This document shows, in pieces, positions 36,275 through 46,302 of a stretch of DNA of 56,044 nt. The notes under the pieces are model-generated. The model saw nothing but the letters and a program-made list of their open reading frames with translations, had not been told where the DNA came from and did not search any database. Both the position numbers and the translations under genes were made by a program. This stretch comes from an uncultured Mollicutes bacterium (lineage in GTDB: Bacteria > Bacillota_I > Bacilli_A > RFN20 > CAG-826). The stretch lies in assembly GCA_946539555.1 (NCBI GenBank), contig CAMNHN010000002.1, positions 1 through 56,044 of the forward strand, given 5' to 3'. Numbering within the stretch: position 1 is the stretch's first letter; the number at the start of each line of letters is the position of its first letter.

Positions 36275-38917
36275 ATGGAAAATGATGAAAAGAAATTAGA
36301 AAACCCTGCAGAAACCCCTTCAAATGAAGAAAACGATACATCATTAGCTGAAGAAAACGCAGCTATTGAAGCAGGAATCGAAGCATCTTTAAAAGATACT
36401 GAAATCGTCTCAGAAGTCCAAAACGCCTTCTTAGATTATGCAATGTCTGTTATTGTTTCACGTGCAATTCCAGATGTTAGAGATGGTTTAAAACCAGTTC
36501 ATAGAAGAGTTATTTTTGGCATGATCGATGGTGGATTTACACCAGATAAACCATTTGTTAAATCTGCAAAAATTGTTGGTGACGTCATGGGTAAATATCA
36601 CCCACACGGCGACTCAGCGATTTATATGACAATGGTTAGACTTGCTCAACCATTCTCAATGAGATATACACTTGTTGATGGTCATGGTAACTTTGGTTCT
36701 ATGGATGGTGATGATCCAGCAGCTATGCGTTACACAGAGTCAAGAATGAGTAAACTTGCTCTAGAAATGACTCGTGATTTATATTCAAAAACAGTCGATT
36801 TTGTTCCTAACTATGATGGTTCACTTGAAGAACCAAGTGTTTTACCATCAAGATTCCCAAATTTACTTGTTAATGGTAGTGATGGAATCGCTGTTGGTAT
36901 GGCTACAAAAATGCCACCACACAATTTAAATGAAATCATTGATGGAATAAAATATGTTGCTGCAAATCCAGATTGTTCAATTGAAGATTTAATGAACATT
37001 GTTAAAGGTCCTGATTTCCCAACAGGTGGAATTATTTATGGATTAGGTGGAATTAGAGAAGCCTATGCCACAGGAAGAGGTACTTTTAGAGTTCGTGGTA
37101 GAGCTGAAATTAAAGAAGAACCAAACGGAAAAAGTAAGATTATAATCAGTGAAATTCCTTATCAAGTAAATAAGAGCAACCTTGTTAGTAAGATAGGCGA
37201 ACTTGCTCGAGATAAAGTTATTGAAGGTATTACATCTGTTAAAGATTTCTCAAAAACAGACGTTAATATTGAAATTGAATGTAGAAGAGACACAGTTCCT
37301 CAAGTTATTTTGAATCAACTTTATAAAAATACACAACTTGAAACAAGTTATGGTGTTATAAATCTTTGTATCGTTGATGGTGCACCTAAAGTTTTAGGTC
37401 TTAAAGAATTAATTAACCATTACACAAATTATCAAATTGAAATTGTTGAAAGAAGAACAAAATATTTAAAAGAAAAAGATGAAGCAAGAAAACACATCGT
37501 TGAAGGTTTATTAAGAGTTCATGAAATATTAAAGAAAGATGAATTTGGTGGAACCGCAAAACGTGATGAATTCATCGAACTTGCTACAAGTAGTGCAAAT
37601 CCAAACGATTTTGCTCTAAAACTTCAAGAAAAATATGGTTTCTCAGAAGTACAAGCTAAAGCAATTGTTGCTATGACACTTGGAAGACTTACTGGTTTAG
37701 AAACTCAAAAACTTGAAGATGAAAAGACCCAACTTGAAACAAATATCGCAAATTACAACTATATTCTCGAATCAAGAGAACACTTACTCGAAGTTGTATT
37801 AAAAGAATTAGATGAAATCAAGGATAAATTTGGAGATAAGAGAAGAACAACTATTTCAACACAAGTCCTCTCAATTGATGATGAAGATTTAATTCCAGAG
37901 GACGATCTTGTTATCACATTAAGTGAAAACGGATATATTAAGAGAATGTCTACATCAGAATTTAGAGCTCAAAACCGTGGTGGAACAGGCGTTAAAGGAA
38001 TGACTGTTTATAGTAACGATGAAGTCAAGATGGCAATTTTCTCAAAAACACACATGGACGTCTTATTCTTCACAAATTTAGGAAGAGTTTACAGAAAAAG
38101 AGGTCATGAAATTCCAGAATCAAGCAGAACTGGTAAAGGAATCCCAGCTCTTAACCTCTTAAATTTAGAAAGAGATGAAAAAGTTGTTTCTATTATTAAT
38201 GTAGAAGAATATGAAAATCACTATTTATTCTTCTGTACAGAAAAAGCTGTCGTCAAGAGAGTACCTTTAGAAGAGTTTAAACGTATTAACGTAAATGGAA
38301 AATATGCGATTACATTCAAAGAAGGAGACAATTTATTTGATGTAAAAGTTACTAACGGCAACACTAAGATATGTATTGCAAGCAACGAAGGGAAACTTTG
38401 TATGTTTAATGAAAACGACATTAGAGCAATGGGTAGAACTGCTGCTGGTGTCAGAGGTATGAGACTTGAAGGCAATGCAAAAGTTGTTGGTTTAGCAACT
38501 GATCAATACGGAAAACTCGTCTTTGTTATTTCAGAAAAAGGTTTAGGTAAACTTTCACCTATTGATACCTATAGATTAACAAATAGAGGCGCAGGCGGTG
38601 TTATTACAATTAAGATTACTGAAAAAACAGGCGAACTTGTTGGTATGAATGTTGTTGGTGGATATGAAGATTACATGGTCATTACAAATAATGGTCAAGT
38701 CATTAGATCACCAATTTCACAAGTTAGAGTTTGTGGACGTAATTCTTCTGGTGTAAAAATCATTAATTTAAAGAACAAAGAAACAGTTTCTTCATTTACT
38801 GTTTTACCTCCTGCAGAGGAAGAAAACATCGCTGAAAAGCAAGCAGAAATTGATGCTCAAATTAATGAAGTAGAAAAAGAAAACAATTCTGAAGAAAACG
38901 TAAATTCTGAAGAATAA
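36275..38917 (+). CDS. gyrA: DNA gyrase subunit A
   Basis: [24 protein letters not shown], the active-site region AAMRYTE, C-terminal beta-pinwheel repeats, and an acidic tail. Confidence 0.95.
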   Translation: MENDEKKLENPAETPSNEENDTSLAEENAAIEAGIEASLKDTEIVSEVQNAFLDYAMSVIVSRAIPDVRDGLKPVHRRVIFGMIDGGFTPDKPFVKSAKIVGDVMGKYHPHGDSAIYMTMVRLAQPFSMRYTLVDGHGNFGSMDGDDPAAMRYTESRMSKLALEMTRDLYSKTVDFVPNYDGSLEEPSVLPSRFPNLLVNGSDGIAVGMATKMPPHNLNEIIDGIKYVAANPDCSIEDLMNIVKGPDFPTGGIIYGLGGIREAYATGRGTFRVRGRAEIKEEPNGKSKIIISEIPYQVNKSNLVSKIGELARDKVIEGITSVKDFSKTDVNIEIECRRDTVPQVILNQLYKNTQLETSYGVINLCIVDGAPKVLGLKELINHYTNYQIEIVERRTKYLKEKDEARKHIVEGLLRVHEILKKDEFGGTAKRDEFIELATSSANPNDFALKLQEKYGFSEVQAKAIVAMTLGRLTGLETQKLEDEKTQLETNIANYNYILESREHLLEVVLKELDEIKDKFGDKRRTTISTQVLSIDDEDLIPEDDLVITLSENGYIKRMSTSEFRAQNRGGTGVKGMTVYSNDEVKMAIFSKTHMDVLFFTNLGRVYRKRGHEIPESSRTGKGIPALNLLNLERDEKVVSIINVEEYENHYLFFCTEKAVVKRVPLEEFKRINVNGKYAITFKEGDNLFDVKVTNGNTKICIASNEGKLCMFNENDIRAMGRTAAGVRGMRLEGNAKVVGLATDQYGKLVFVISEKGLGKLSPIDTYRLTNRGAGGVITIKITEKTGELVGMNVVGGYEDYMVITNNGQVIRSPISQVRVCGRNSSGVKIINLKNKETVSSFTVLPPAEEENIAEKQAEIDAQINEVEKENNSEENVNSEE

Positions 38918-38920
38918 TTT

Positions 38921-38950
38921 AAAAAAGCCTGCAAAACTTAAGTATTTTTA
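38921..38950 (+). repeat. Copy A of the 30-nt motif (AAAAAAGCCTGCAAAACTTAAGTATTTTTA)
   Basis: Begins 3 nt after the gyrA stop. Aligns without gaps with the other three copies. Confidence 0.7.
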
Positions 38951-38981
38951 AAAAAATATATATAAAATAAGGAGATATTTT

Positions 38982-40259
38982 ATGATTGAACTTAACTATA
39001 TTTTAGAAAATAAAGAAAAAGTAAAAGAACTTCTTGCCAGAAAATTATATGAAGCTGACATTGACACTCTTTGTAAAAACGTAGAGGAAAAAAGAGAACT
39101 TCAAAGAAAAGTAGAAGCAAATAAAGCAGAACAAAATAAACTTTCAAAATCTGTTCCTCAAGTTAAGAAAGAAGGCGGAGACGTCAATGCTATATTTGCT
39201 AAAGTTAAAGCTTTAGCTGCTGAAAATAAAGAAAGTGAAGCAAAACTTGCTGAACTTGAAAACAAGATTAATGAAGTTTTAGTTGCTTTACCAAATTTGC
39301 CTGATGAAGATTTACTTGCTGGCGGAAAAGAAAATAATCAACCAATTGCATATGTATATGAAAAACCAGAATTTAAATTCAAAATCAAAGACCATGTTGA
39401 ACTTGCTGAAAGTTTAGGTTTAATTGATTATCAAAGAGCAGCAAAAGTTTCAGGACATGGAACCTGGTTCTATACAGGACTTGGAGCTCAACTTGAATGG
39501 GCATTATTAAATTTCTTTATTTCCGAACACTTAAAAGATAATTTTACAATGATGCTCCCACCTCATATGCTTAACTATAAGAGTGGATTTACAGCAGGAC
39601 AATTTCCTAAATTTGAACAAGACGTTTTTGAACTTAAAGATCTTGAACCAATGAGATTTATGCTTCCAACAGCTGAAACTGCATTAGTAAATTATTATAG
39701 AGATGAAATTTTGGATGAAGCAGAACTTCCTAAAAAGTTCTTTGCTTATACTCCTTGCTATAGAAAAGAAGCTGGATCATATAGGACAGAAGAAAGAGGC
39801 ATGATTAGAGGCTATCAATTTGATAAAGTTGAAATGGTTGAATATACCACAGAAGATGATAGTGATCGTGCTTTTGATGAATTAGTTAAAAAAGCAACCA
39901 ACTTACTTGAAAAACTTGGATTACATTTTAGATTAAGTAAACTTGCTGCTGCTGATTGTTCTCATTCAATGGCAAGAACCTATGACATTGAAGTTTGGTT
40001 ACCATCAATGGGTATTTATAAAGAAGTTTCTTCTGTATCAAACGCAAGAAGCTACCAAGCTCGTAGAGGAATGATGAGATATAGAGGAAAAGATGGGAAA
40101 TTACACTATATGCACACACTTAATGGTAGTGGACTTGCAACTTCTCGTGTTTTCCCAGCAATTTTAGAGCAATTCCAACAAGAAGACGGCTCAGTTTTAG
40201 TTCCAGAAGTATTACAACCATTTATGGGTGGAATTAAAGTATTAAAACCAGTTAAATAA
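38982..40259 (+). CDS. serS: Serine--tRNA ligase
   Basis: N-terminal coiled-coil arm, class II motifs (FRKEAGS..., GSGLATSR), 425 aa. Confidence 0.93.
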   Translation: MIELNYILENKEKVKELLARKLYEADIDTLCKNVEEKRELQRKVEANKAEQNKLSKSVPQVKKEGGDVNAIFAKVKALAAENKESEAKLAELENKINEVLVALPNLPDEDLLAGGKENNQPIAYVYEKPEFKFKIKDHVELAESLGLIDYQRAAKVSGHGTWFYTGLGAQLEWALLNFFISEHLKDNFTMMLPPHMLNYKSGFTAGQFPKFEQDVFELKDLEPMRFMLPTAETALVNYYRDEILDEAELPKKFFAYTPCYRKEAGSYRTEERGMIRGYQFDKVEMVEYTTEDDSDRAFDELVKKATNLLEKLGLHFRLSKLAAADCSHSMARTYDIEVWLPSMGIYKEVSSVSNARSYQARRGMMRYRGKDGKLHYMHTLNGSGLATSRVFPAILEQFQQEDGSVLVPEVLQPFMGGIKVLKPVK

Positions 40260-40288
40260 TTTAGAATTTTCATAAATCAAATTAAAAA

Positions 40289-40317
40289 GTGCTCTTTTTG
40301 TAAAGGGCATCTTTTTT
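40289..40317 (+). terminator. serS intrinsic terminator
   Basis: GTGCTCTTT-ttgt-AAAGGGCAT (two G:U pairs) followed by CTTTTTT. Confidence 0.7.
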
Positions 40318-40361
40318 ATAAATAAATATTTTTAAATCAATTCAATTAATCTATAATAATA

Positions 40362-40446
40362 AAGCCGTTGCGAGTCATTGCTTCGAACCTGGTCAGGATG
40401 GAAACATAGCAGCCATAAGATGATTTATGATTGTGCAACGGTTTTT
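40362..40446 (+). ncRNA. ffs: Small (4.5S-type) signal recognition particle RNA
   Basis: Domain IV signature GGTCAGG-ATG-GAAA-CAT-AGCAGCC; compare E. coli GGUCAGG-UCC-GGAA-GGA-AGCAGCC. Closing stem GCCGTTGC/GCAACGGT, TATAAT at 40352-57, and a T-run at the 3' end. It lies between serS and tadA, similar to B. subtilis scr as I recall it. Confidence 0.88.
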
Positions 40447-41014
40447 ATTTGTAATAAGTTATGTTTAACCTCATCATTAGATCGTATTTGCTAGTGCTAT
40501 TTGAACTATTAGTAACTGTGACTACATCTTTTTCATAAACTCTTGTAACTAAGCCATCATAATTCCAAACAACGTGGAAATCGGCATGTGTTTTAAGTTT
40601 ATTGCTAGAAAGTTCTCCTTCAATCCTAATTTCTAATTCGCTTGATGAAGCAAAATACTCAAACCACGTATTGGATAAACCGTTTTTAACAGAGGAAACA
40701 AAATTATTATAAAAACTAATATCAAAATTTATTGTATATAAATGTTCTGTAGGAAAAACGGTATTACCACTTACTTTCCAGTGAGGAGAAGAGGATGTAT
40801 AAGAATAATTTTGTTTTAAAGATTTTTTAACAATTTTACCAGATGAGTCTAGAGAATCAAAAATTAAATCAGCTTTTGCGGTTTTATACGCTGATGATAC
40901 ACTAACTTTTTTTGCTTCATTTGCAAATTCAGAGGCAGATATTTTGTGAGCGCAACTAGTAAGCGCAAGAAGCGCTACAAGTGGCAAAGTTTTTACAATG
41001 TGTGTCGTTTTCAT
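40445..41014 (-). CDS. Putative lipoprotein (189 aa), function unknown
   Basis: Signal peptide with lipobox LALTSC (MKTTHIVKTLPLVALLALTSCAH). No other motif recognised. Confidence 0.7.
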   Translation of the reverse strand: MKTTHIVKTLPLVALLALTSCAHKISASEFANEAKKVSVSSAYKTAKADLIFDSLDSSGKIVKKSLKQNYSYTSSSPHWKVSGNTVFPTEHLYTINFDISFYNNFVSSVKNGLSNTWFEYFASSSELEIRIEGELSSNKLKTHADFHVVWNYDGLVTRVYEKDVVTVTNSSNSTSKYDLMMRLNITYYK

Positions 41015-41070
41015 ATAATTATTGTAATATTTTAAAACTAATAAATATAGATAAAAATGTTAAAAGATAA

Positions 41071-41079
41071 TGGTATAAT
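41071..41079 (+). promoter_or_regulatory. Extended -10 promoter element for tadA
   Basis: TGGTATAAT lies 6 nt before ATG 41086 with no SD. This implies a leaderless or near-leaderless transcript. Confidence 0.5.
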
Positions 41080-41085
41080 TTCCAT

Positions 41086-41538
41086 ATGCTAAAAAATGAC
41101 GAATTTTTCATGAAAGAAGCTTTTAAAGAAGCTAAAAAAGCTTATAAAAAAGGCGAGATTCCAATTGGTTGCGTTATTGTTGACAATGCTAATAAAGAGA
41201 TTTTAGTTCGCGCACACAATTTAAAAGAAAAGAAACATGATGTTTCTGCTCATGCTGAAATAAACGCCTTAAGAAAACTCGGCCAAAAAAAAGAAAACTG
41301 GAGAGCGGAAGACGTCACGCTTTATGTGACTGTTGAACCTTGTTCGATGTGTGCTAGTGCAATCCTTCAAGCACGAATTTCTAGAGTAGTTTTTGGAATT
41401 CACGAATACGAAACAGGTGGATTTGGAGGAAAAATCGATTTGACTAGAGAATTTAAATCTGAATTAACTATAGAAAGTGGAATTTATAAAAAAGAAATAG
41501 AAAATTTGATGAAACAGTTTTTTGTAGAAAAGCGATAA
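41086..41538 (+). CDS. tadA: tRNA-specific adenosine deaminase
   Basis: CDA zinc motifs HAEINAL and PCSMCASA; 150 aa. Confidence 0.92.
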   Translation: MLKNDEFFMKEAFKEAKKAYKKGEIPIGCVIVDNANKEILVRAHNLKEKKHDVSAHAEINALRKLGQKKENWRAEDVTLYVTVEPCSMCASAILQARISRVVFGIHEYETGGFGGKIDLTREFKSELTIESGIYKKEIENLMKQFFVEKR

Positions 41539-41551
41539 CAATCGCTTTTTT
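41530..41551 (+). terminator. tadA intrinsic terminator
   Basis: AAGCGAT-aaca-ATCGCTT followed by TTTT. The stop codon lies in the stem/loop. Confidence 0.8.
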
Positions 41552-41626
41552 ATATTATTCAAAAATTAGAGAAAAAAATTATGTTTTTTACTATGTAAAA
41601 AAAGAAAATAAATATATAATTTTCTC

Positions 41627-44431
41627 ATGCTAGAAATTGTAGATGTTATTAAAGATTATTATGTAGATAAAAAAGCCTTTAGAGCTTTAAAGGGAATTAA
41701 TTTATTTTTCCCTAAGCAACAGTTTTGTTCAATTCTTGGACCTTCCGGATGTGGCAAAACCACAACGCTAAACATTATTGGTGGTTTAGATCAATATACA
41801 AGTGGTGATTTAATTATCGAAGGCCAATCAACCAAAACTTATAACGACAAAGATTGGGATAATTATAGAAATAAGAGGGTTGGCTTTGTTTTTCAATCTT
41901 ATAATTTAATACCACAACTAAATTTACAAGACAATGTCGCCATGGCTTTAACACTAAACGGAGTTGGAAGAAAAGAAAGAATTGAAAAAGCTAGAATTGC
42001 ACTTGATAAAGTTGGACTTAATGGTTTATATAACAAAAAACCAAATCAACTTTCAGGTGGTCAAATGCAACGTGTTGCTATTGCTAGAGCTATAATTAAT
42101 GACCCAGAAGTTATTCTTGCTGATGAGCCAACAGGAGCTTTAGATAGCGTAACAAGTGTCCAAATCATGGACATTTTGAAAGAAATTTCAAAAGATAGAC
42201 TTGTAATTATGGTCACTCACAACGAAGAGTTAGCTAATAAATATAGTGACAGAATTATTAAATTTTTAGATGGTGAAGTTTCATCTGATTCTCTTGAAAA
42301 AGAGATGAAAGTGTTGCGTGAAAAAGAAAATGCTGAATATGAAAAGAAAAACGCAGTTTCTTTGAAAGATTTTGAAATAATTGATGAAAAAAAGAACAGT
42401 AAACTTCAACAAACGAAAAAAGAAAGAAAAAGTTCGATGTCTTTTTGGACAGCACTTAAACTTTCATTTGGAAATTTATTAACAAAAAAGGGTAGAACAT
42501 CATTAACCTCTGTTGCAGGATCTTTTGGTATCATTGGGGTTGCACTTGTCTTAAGTGTTAATAACGGTTTTGGAAATTACGTTGCAAGAATGGAAAAAGA
42601 GACTGCATCTCAAATGCCAATTACAGTTTCCTCATATTCTGTAACTTATGAATATGATCAAGATTATGTTGAAAACGAATCATTTACAGATAAACAAGAA
42701 GTGTACGTTACTCGTGAAGGAAGAATCACACGTAAACTTGTATACAACAACATCACACCTAAATACATTTCATATTTAGAAAAACTGAAGAATCAGGAAA
42801 AAATTATTAGTGATTACATCATTTCATATGGCGATAACTATGGGTATAATTTGACTACAACGCTTGTTGGAACAGATGAACCTTATATAGTAGAAAATAC
42901 AAGTTTCTTATCATATTCAAGCATTCTTTCAACGGTTACTGGCCTTCCAACTCAATTCTTCCATGTACTTTATGGTGAAGAATCTGATTACGATGTAATC
43001 GCTGGGAAATATAGCAATCCAAAAGAAAAAGGCGATTTGATGTTGATGGTAAACGAAAGAAATGAGTTACCATTAGGTGTTTTAAAACGACTTGGATTTA
43101 TTCCTGATAAAGAAGAATATGATGAAAAATATGCAGAGGAACACCCAATAAAATTTGAAGACATTATTGGTAAAAAATTCAAAGTTTTTCCAAATAAAGA
43201 TTTCTATGAAACAAAATCAAAAACAGTTTCTCAAAGTACATATGAAGCAAATTATTATGAACAAAGAGATTTAACAACTCTTTATAATGATGAAAATTCA
43301 GGAATTGAGTGCAGAATTGCAGGGATTTTGAGACCAAAACAAGATTCTTCAATTCAAACAATGGCTTCTGGATTATGTTATCAAAAGTCACTTCAAGATT
43401 ATTTAATTACTTTAAATCAAGATGAAGAAGTTTATAAAAATATTGAACACAATATGACTTGGAGAGAAGGAGCTTCTATTATTGACCTTCTCCAAGACCT
43501 CCAAAATTTGCAAAGCGAAAACGTCGCTGATTTAAGTGCTGCAAAATTGAATAGAGTATTTAGTAACTATTTAACTTTCTACAATTTGTTTAGCGGTGAG
43601 AGTGTCAATGAAAAAGGTGAAAATTATGATTTTTCTGATTACATAAGCTGGGCAAATAAATTAGGTGCCGAATTAATTGACGATAACTTAAAAGCAAACG
43701 GACTTGATGGAATTAGTGACTATCTTTCTAGAATTATTAGATATCTTAGTGAAGGAACTTTTGATGTTGCAACAAAGCAAAAAGCCTATCCTTATATAAT
43801 ATCTGTTATGGCTTTTATGAATAATTATTCAGCTGTTGATAACGTCATTATTTTTTCACCAGATTTAACTGCTAAGGAAACATTAAAAACTAGACTTGAT
43901 GAATATAATAAAATTGATACATCAGGAAGTGTTGATCACGCATCAAACCAAAAAGAAGTTGTAAATTATACTGATATAGTTGGTACACTTACCTCTTCAT
44001 TATCACAAATGATTGATATTATATCGGTGGTTCTCATTGTTTTTGCTTCTATATCTTTGGTTGTAAGTTGTGTTATGACAGGAATTATTACTTATGTTTC
44101 AGTCATCGAAAGAACAAAAGAAATTGGTGTTTTAAGAGCAGTTGGAGCTCGTAAAAAAGATGTCGGAAGATTATTTGAAGCTGAATGTGTCTTTATTGGT
44201 TTAGGAAGTGGTGTATTTGGTTGTTTAGTTGCTTGGGTTGCAACATTCCCAATAAACGCCATATTAAACGCACTTTATGGTGAATATAATATAGGAAACA
44301 TCGCTGATTTAGCATTTGGTGCTATGATTTTCCTTGTTGCAATTTCAGTCGTTTTAACATTTATCAGTAGTTTATTCCCTGCTAGAGCAGCAGCAAAGAA
44401 AGATCCAGTTATTGCGTTAAGAACAGAGTAG
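41627..44431 (+). CDS. MacB-type fused ABC ATPase + FtsX-family permease with a very large extracytoplasmic domain
   Basis: N-terminal NBD (GPSGCGKTT, LSGGQMQRVAIARA, ILADEPTGALD). One TM at about aa 290-312, then about 480 hydrophilic aa, then three C-terminal TMs with the FtsX pattern (ERTKEIGVLRAVGA...PA..AAK.DPV.ALR.E). Confidence 0.88.
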   Translation: MLEIVDVIKDYYVDKKAFRALKGINLFFPKQQFCSILGPSGCGKTTTLNIIGGLDQYTSGDLIIEGQSTKTYNDKDWDNYRNKRVGFVFQSYNLIPQLNLQDNVAMALTLNGVGRKERIEKARIALDKVGLNGLYNKKPNQLSGGQMQRVAIARAIINDPEVILADEPTGALDSVTSVQIMDILKEISKDRLVIMVTHNEELANKYSDRIIKFLDGEVSSDSLEKEMKVLREKENAEYEKKNAVSLKDFEIIDEKKNSKLQQTKKERKSSMSFWTALKLSFGNLLTKKGRTSLTSVAGSFGIIGVALVLSVNNGFGNYVARMEKETASQMPITVSSYSVTYEYDQDYVENESFTDKQEVYVTREGRITRKLVYNNITPKYISYLEKLKNQEKIISDYIISYGDNYGYNLTTTLVGTDEPYIVENTSFLSYSSILSTVTGLPTQFFHVLYGEESDYDVIAGKYSNPKEKGDLMLMVNERNELPLGVLKRLGFIPDKEEYDEKYAEEHPIKFEDIIGKKFKVFPNKDFYETKSKTVSQSTYEANYYEQRDLTTLYNDENSGIECRIAGILRPKQDSSIQTMASGLCYQKSLQDYLITLNQDEEVYKNIEHNMTWREGASIIDLLQDLQNLQSENVADLSAAKLNRVFSNYLTFYNLFSGESVNEKGENYDFSDYISWANKLGAELIDDNLKANGLDGISDYLSRIIRYLSEGTFDVATKQKAYPYIISVMAFMNNYSAVDNVIIFSPDLTAKETLKTRLDEYNKIDTSGSVDHASNQKEVVNYTDIVGTLTSSLSQMIDIISVVLIVFASISLVVSCVMTGIITYVSVIERTKEIGVLRAVGARKKDVGRLFEAECVFIGLGSGVFGCLVAWVATFPINAILNALYGEYNIGNIADLAFGAMIFLVAISVVLTFISSLFPARAAAKKDPVIALRTE

Positions 44432-44439
44432 GTAATTTT

Positions 44440-44958
44440 ATGAAAAACACAGAAAAAGAAATTCAAAAAGCATTTGTCAATTTATTAAGTTCTTATTCAA
44501 TTGAAGAAATTGATGTAAAAATGATTTGTGATATTTTAAAAATCAAAAGGCAATCATTTTATTATCATTATAAAAATATTTATGACGTCATTTATTCGAT
44601 GTTTAAAGAAGATGACCTTGAAATTAAAAATAGTGGTTCTCTTGAAATTATTGTAAAAGATTTAATCGACTATCTATTTAAAAACGAAGATTTTAATAGA
44701 GAAATTTTAGTGAGCAGCGCAAAAGAAATTTTAGAAGAATTTTCTTTCTCATATTTATATAGATCTTTAATTTTATACCTTGCTCAATTTAGATTATCGA
44801 TTGATGTTCAAAAAGAAACAGCTAGATTTTATGGTAAGGCAGCAGCAAATCAAATTTTGTTTTATTTTAAAAATGCCGACTATACAAAAGAAGAAATTTA
44901 TTTAAAACTAAATTATTTATTTAATGAACAATTATTAAAATTTGCAGTTAAACGTTAA
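44440..44958 (+). CDS. TetR-like transcriptional regulator (DhaS-like subgroup)
   Basis: N-terminal HTH pattern IQKAFVNLL..YSIEEIDVKMICDILKIKRQSFYYHYKNIYDV. Lies 8 nt after the ABC gene. Confidence 0.7.
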   Translation: MKNTEKEIQKAFVNLLSSYSIEEIDVKMICDILKIKRQSFYYHYKNIYDVIYSMFKEDDLEIKNSGSLEIIVKDLIDYLFKNEDFNREILVSSAKEILEEFSFSYLYRSLILYLAQFRLSIDVQKETARFYGKAAANQILFYFKNADYTKEEIYLKLNYLFNEQLLKFAVKR

Positions 44959-44985
44959 AAACCTTGCAAATCTTAATTATTTTTG
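44956..44985 (+). repeat. Copy C of the 30-nt motif (TAAAAACCTTGCAAATCTTAATTATTTTTG)
   Basis: Its first three nt are the stop codon of the TetR-like gene. Aligns without gaps with the other copies. Confidence 0.65.
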
Positions 44986-45095
44986 CAATTTAAATTTTAA
45001 TATTTAAATTAGATTTTACTAAATTGATCTAATAAATTAAAATTAATGTACGAATTCTTTGCATTAGACGTTAGCTCAATGCTAAGGAGAAATTT

Positions 45096-46250
45096 ATGGA
45101 AAAAGAAGATTTTATTAGTTTATTAATTTACCTTCTAATGGGTGCGGTCGTAGTCATGATTGGTATTCTTGTCTTTAGACCAGCTATGGAAGCAGGATAT
45201 TTATTTAATTCAGCAGGAGAAAATTTCTTGTTCCTCTTTGCTTCACTTGCGATTGCAATTGTTGCAAATGTTTTCTTGCTTGAAATCGGTCACCTTCTTG
45301 GGGCAAAGTTAGGAAAATACAAAATCTTAAGTTTCAATATTTTCGGATTTGGGATTTACAAAACAAGAAACGAAGAAGGGAAAGAGAAAAGCAAATTTAG
45401 ATTTGGTAAATTTAATGGTCTTGGTGGACAAACTGTAATTTCTCCTAAAAGTGAAAAATCAAATCCAATGCCTTATGTTTTCACACCTCTTTTATTAATG
45501 CTTTTAGAATTTGTCGCGCTATATTGTGTGTTTGCTTTTATTAAAAATGTAACTGATGACTCAAAAGTTATGTTAATGGCCGTAAAATATGGCGTTGTTG
45601 TTTTAGCAACAATTGGTGCATGCTTCATTATTTATAATTATTTCCCAGCAAAACTTGATTCATTAAATGATGGATATAGAATCTTATTATTAAATAAGAA
45701 AATAAATATTGAAGCATATAACTATAAACTTAAAAACGAAGAGACAGAATTTTTTGGAGAAAAAGTCGAAGAAATTCGTGTTTTTGAAGAGATAACTGAT
45801 TTCACAGCAAACGTTAATTTTGATGCTGCAATTCAAGAAACCATTAAAAAAGATTTTGAAAAAGCTCTAGAAATCGTTAATAAAACAACAGCCGATAAAA
45901 AGAAGATGGCGAGCTCTACTTATAGAAAATTTGTTTTATTAAAAGTTTTCCTTGCTTATTTATTACAAAGCGAAGAAGAAGCAACTGCTTTATATAAAGA
46001 TAAAGTTGCGTCTACAGAACTTTCTGATCTTGCTAGAAACTGTAAAAATTACGATGGTTTAAGAGTTTATGTAGCTTATGTTGGGGTTTCTGAAAAGAGT
46101 TTAAATGAAATTAAATTTGCTCTAGAGAAGAAAAAGAAGTTAGATAAAAAACAAGATAAAGTTGAAGCAGCTAAACAAAATGAACTTTTAAAAATCATCA
46201 TTGAAAAGATATCAGAAACAATTCCTCAAGCAAAGGAATTAGAATTATAA
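45096..46250 (+). CDS. RseP/M50 (site-2 protease)-like membrane protein with a degenerate zinc motif and a helical C-terminal domain
   Basis: VFLLEIGHLLGAKLGKYKILSFNIFGFG parallels RseP HEFGHF.VAR..GV.V..FSIGFG. NYFPAKLDSLNDG parallels N(L)LP...LDGG. The first His of HExxH is Leu (CTT at 45279-81). Confidence 0.6.
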   Translation: MEKEDFISLLIYLLMGAVVVMIGILVFRPAMEAGYLFNSAGENFLFLFASLAIAIVANVFLLEIGHLLGAKLGKYKILSFNIFGFGIYKTRNEEGKEKSKFRFGKFNGLGGQTVISPKSEKSNPMPYVFTPLLLMLLEFVALYCVFAFIKNVTDDSKVMLMAVKYGVVVLATIGACFIIYNYFPAKLDSLNDGYRILLLNKKINIEAYNYKLKNEETEFFGEKVEEIRVFEEITDFTANVNFDAAIQETIKKDFEKALEIVNKTTADKKKMASSTYRKFVLLKVFLAYLLQSEEEATALYKDKVASTELSDLARNCKNYDGLRVYVAYVGVSEKSLNEIKFALEKKKKLDKKQDKVEAAKQNELLKIIIEKISETIPQAKELEL

Positions 46251-46256
46251 GCAAAC

Positions 46257-46285
46257 AAAAAAGATGCATAACAATGCATCTTTTT
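46257..46285. terminator. Bidirectional intrinsic terminator (M50-like gene / mscL)
   Basis: AAAAAGATGCAT-aaca-ATGCATCTTTTT is a perfect hairpin with A/T runs on both sides, between convergent genes. Confidence 0.85.
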
Positions 46286-46302
46286 CATTAGCAATTAACT
46301 AA

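Noticed and set aside
38918-38981. T-box or other riboswitch leaders upstream of the aaRS genes serS, metG and lysS
   Set aside because: The upstream intergenic spaces are only about 60-110 nt. They contain no specifier-loop or T-box (AGGGTGGNACCGCG-like) sequence and no terminator/antiterminator pair.
45038-45115. Small upstream ORF (MYEFFALDVSSMLRRNLW...) overlapping the start of the M50-like gene
   Set aside because: It has no SD or promoter support, is very short, and overlaps the better-supported start at 45096, which is preceded by AAGGAGAA.
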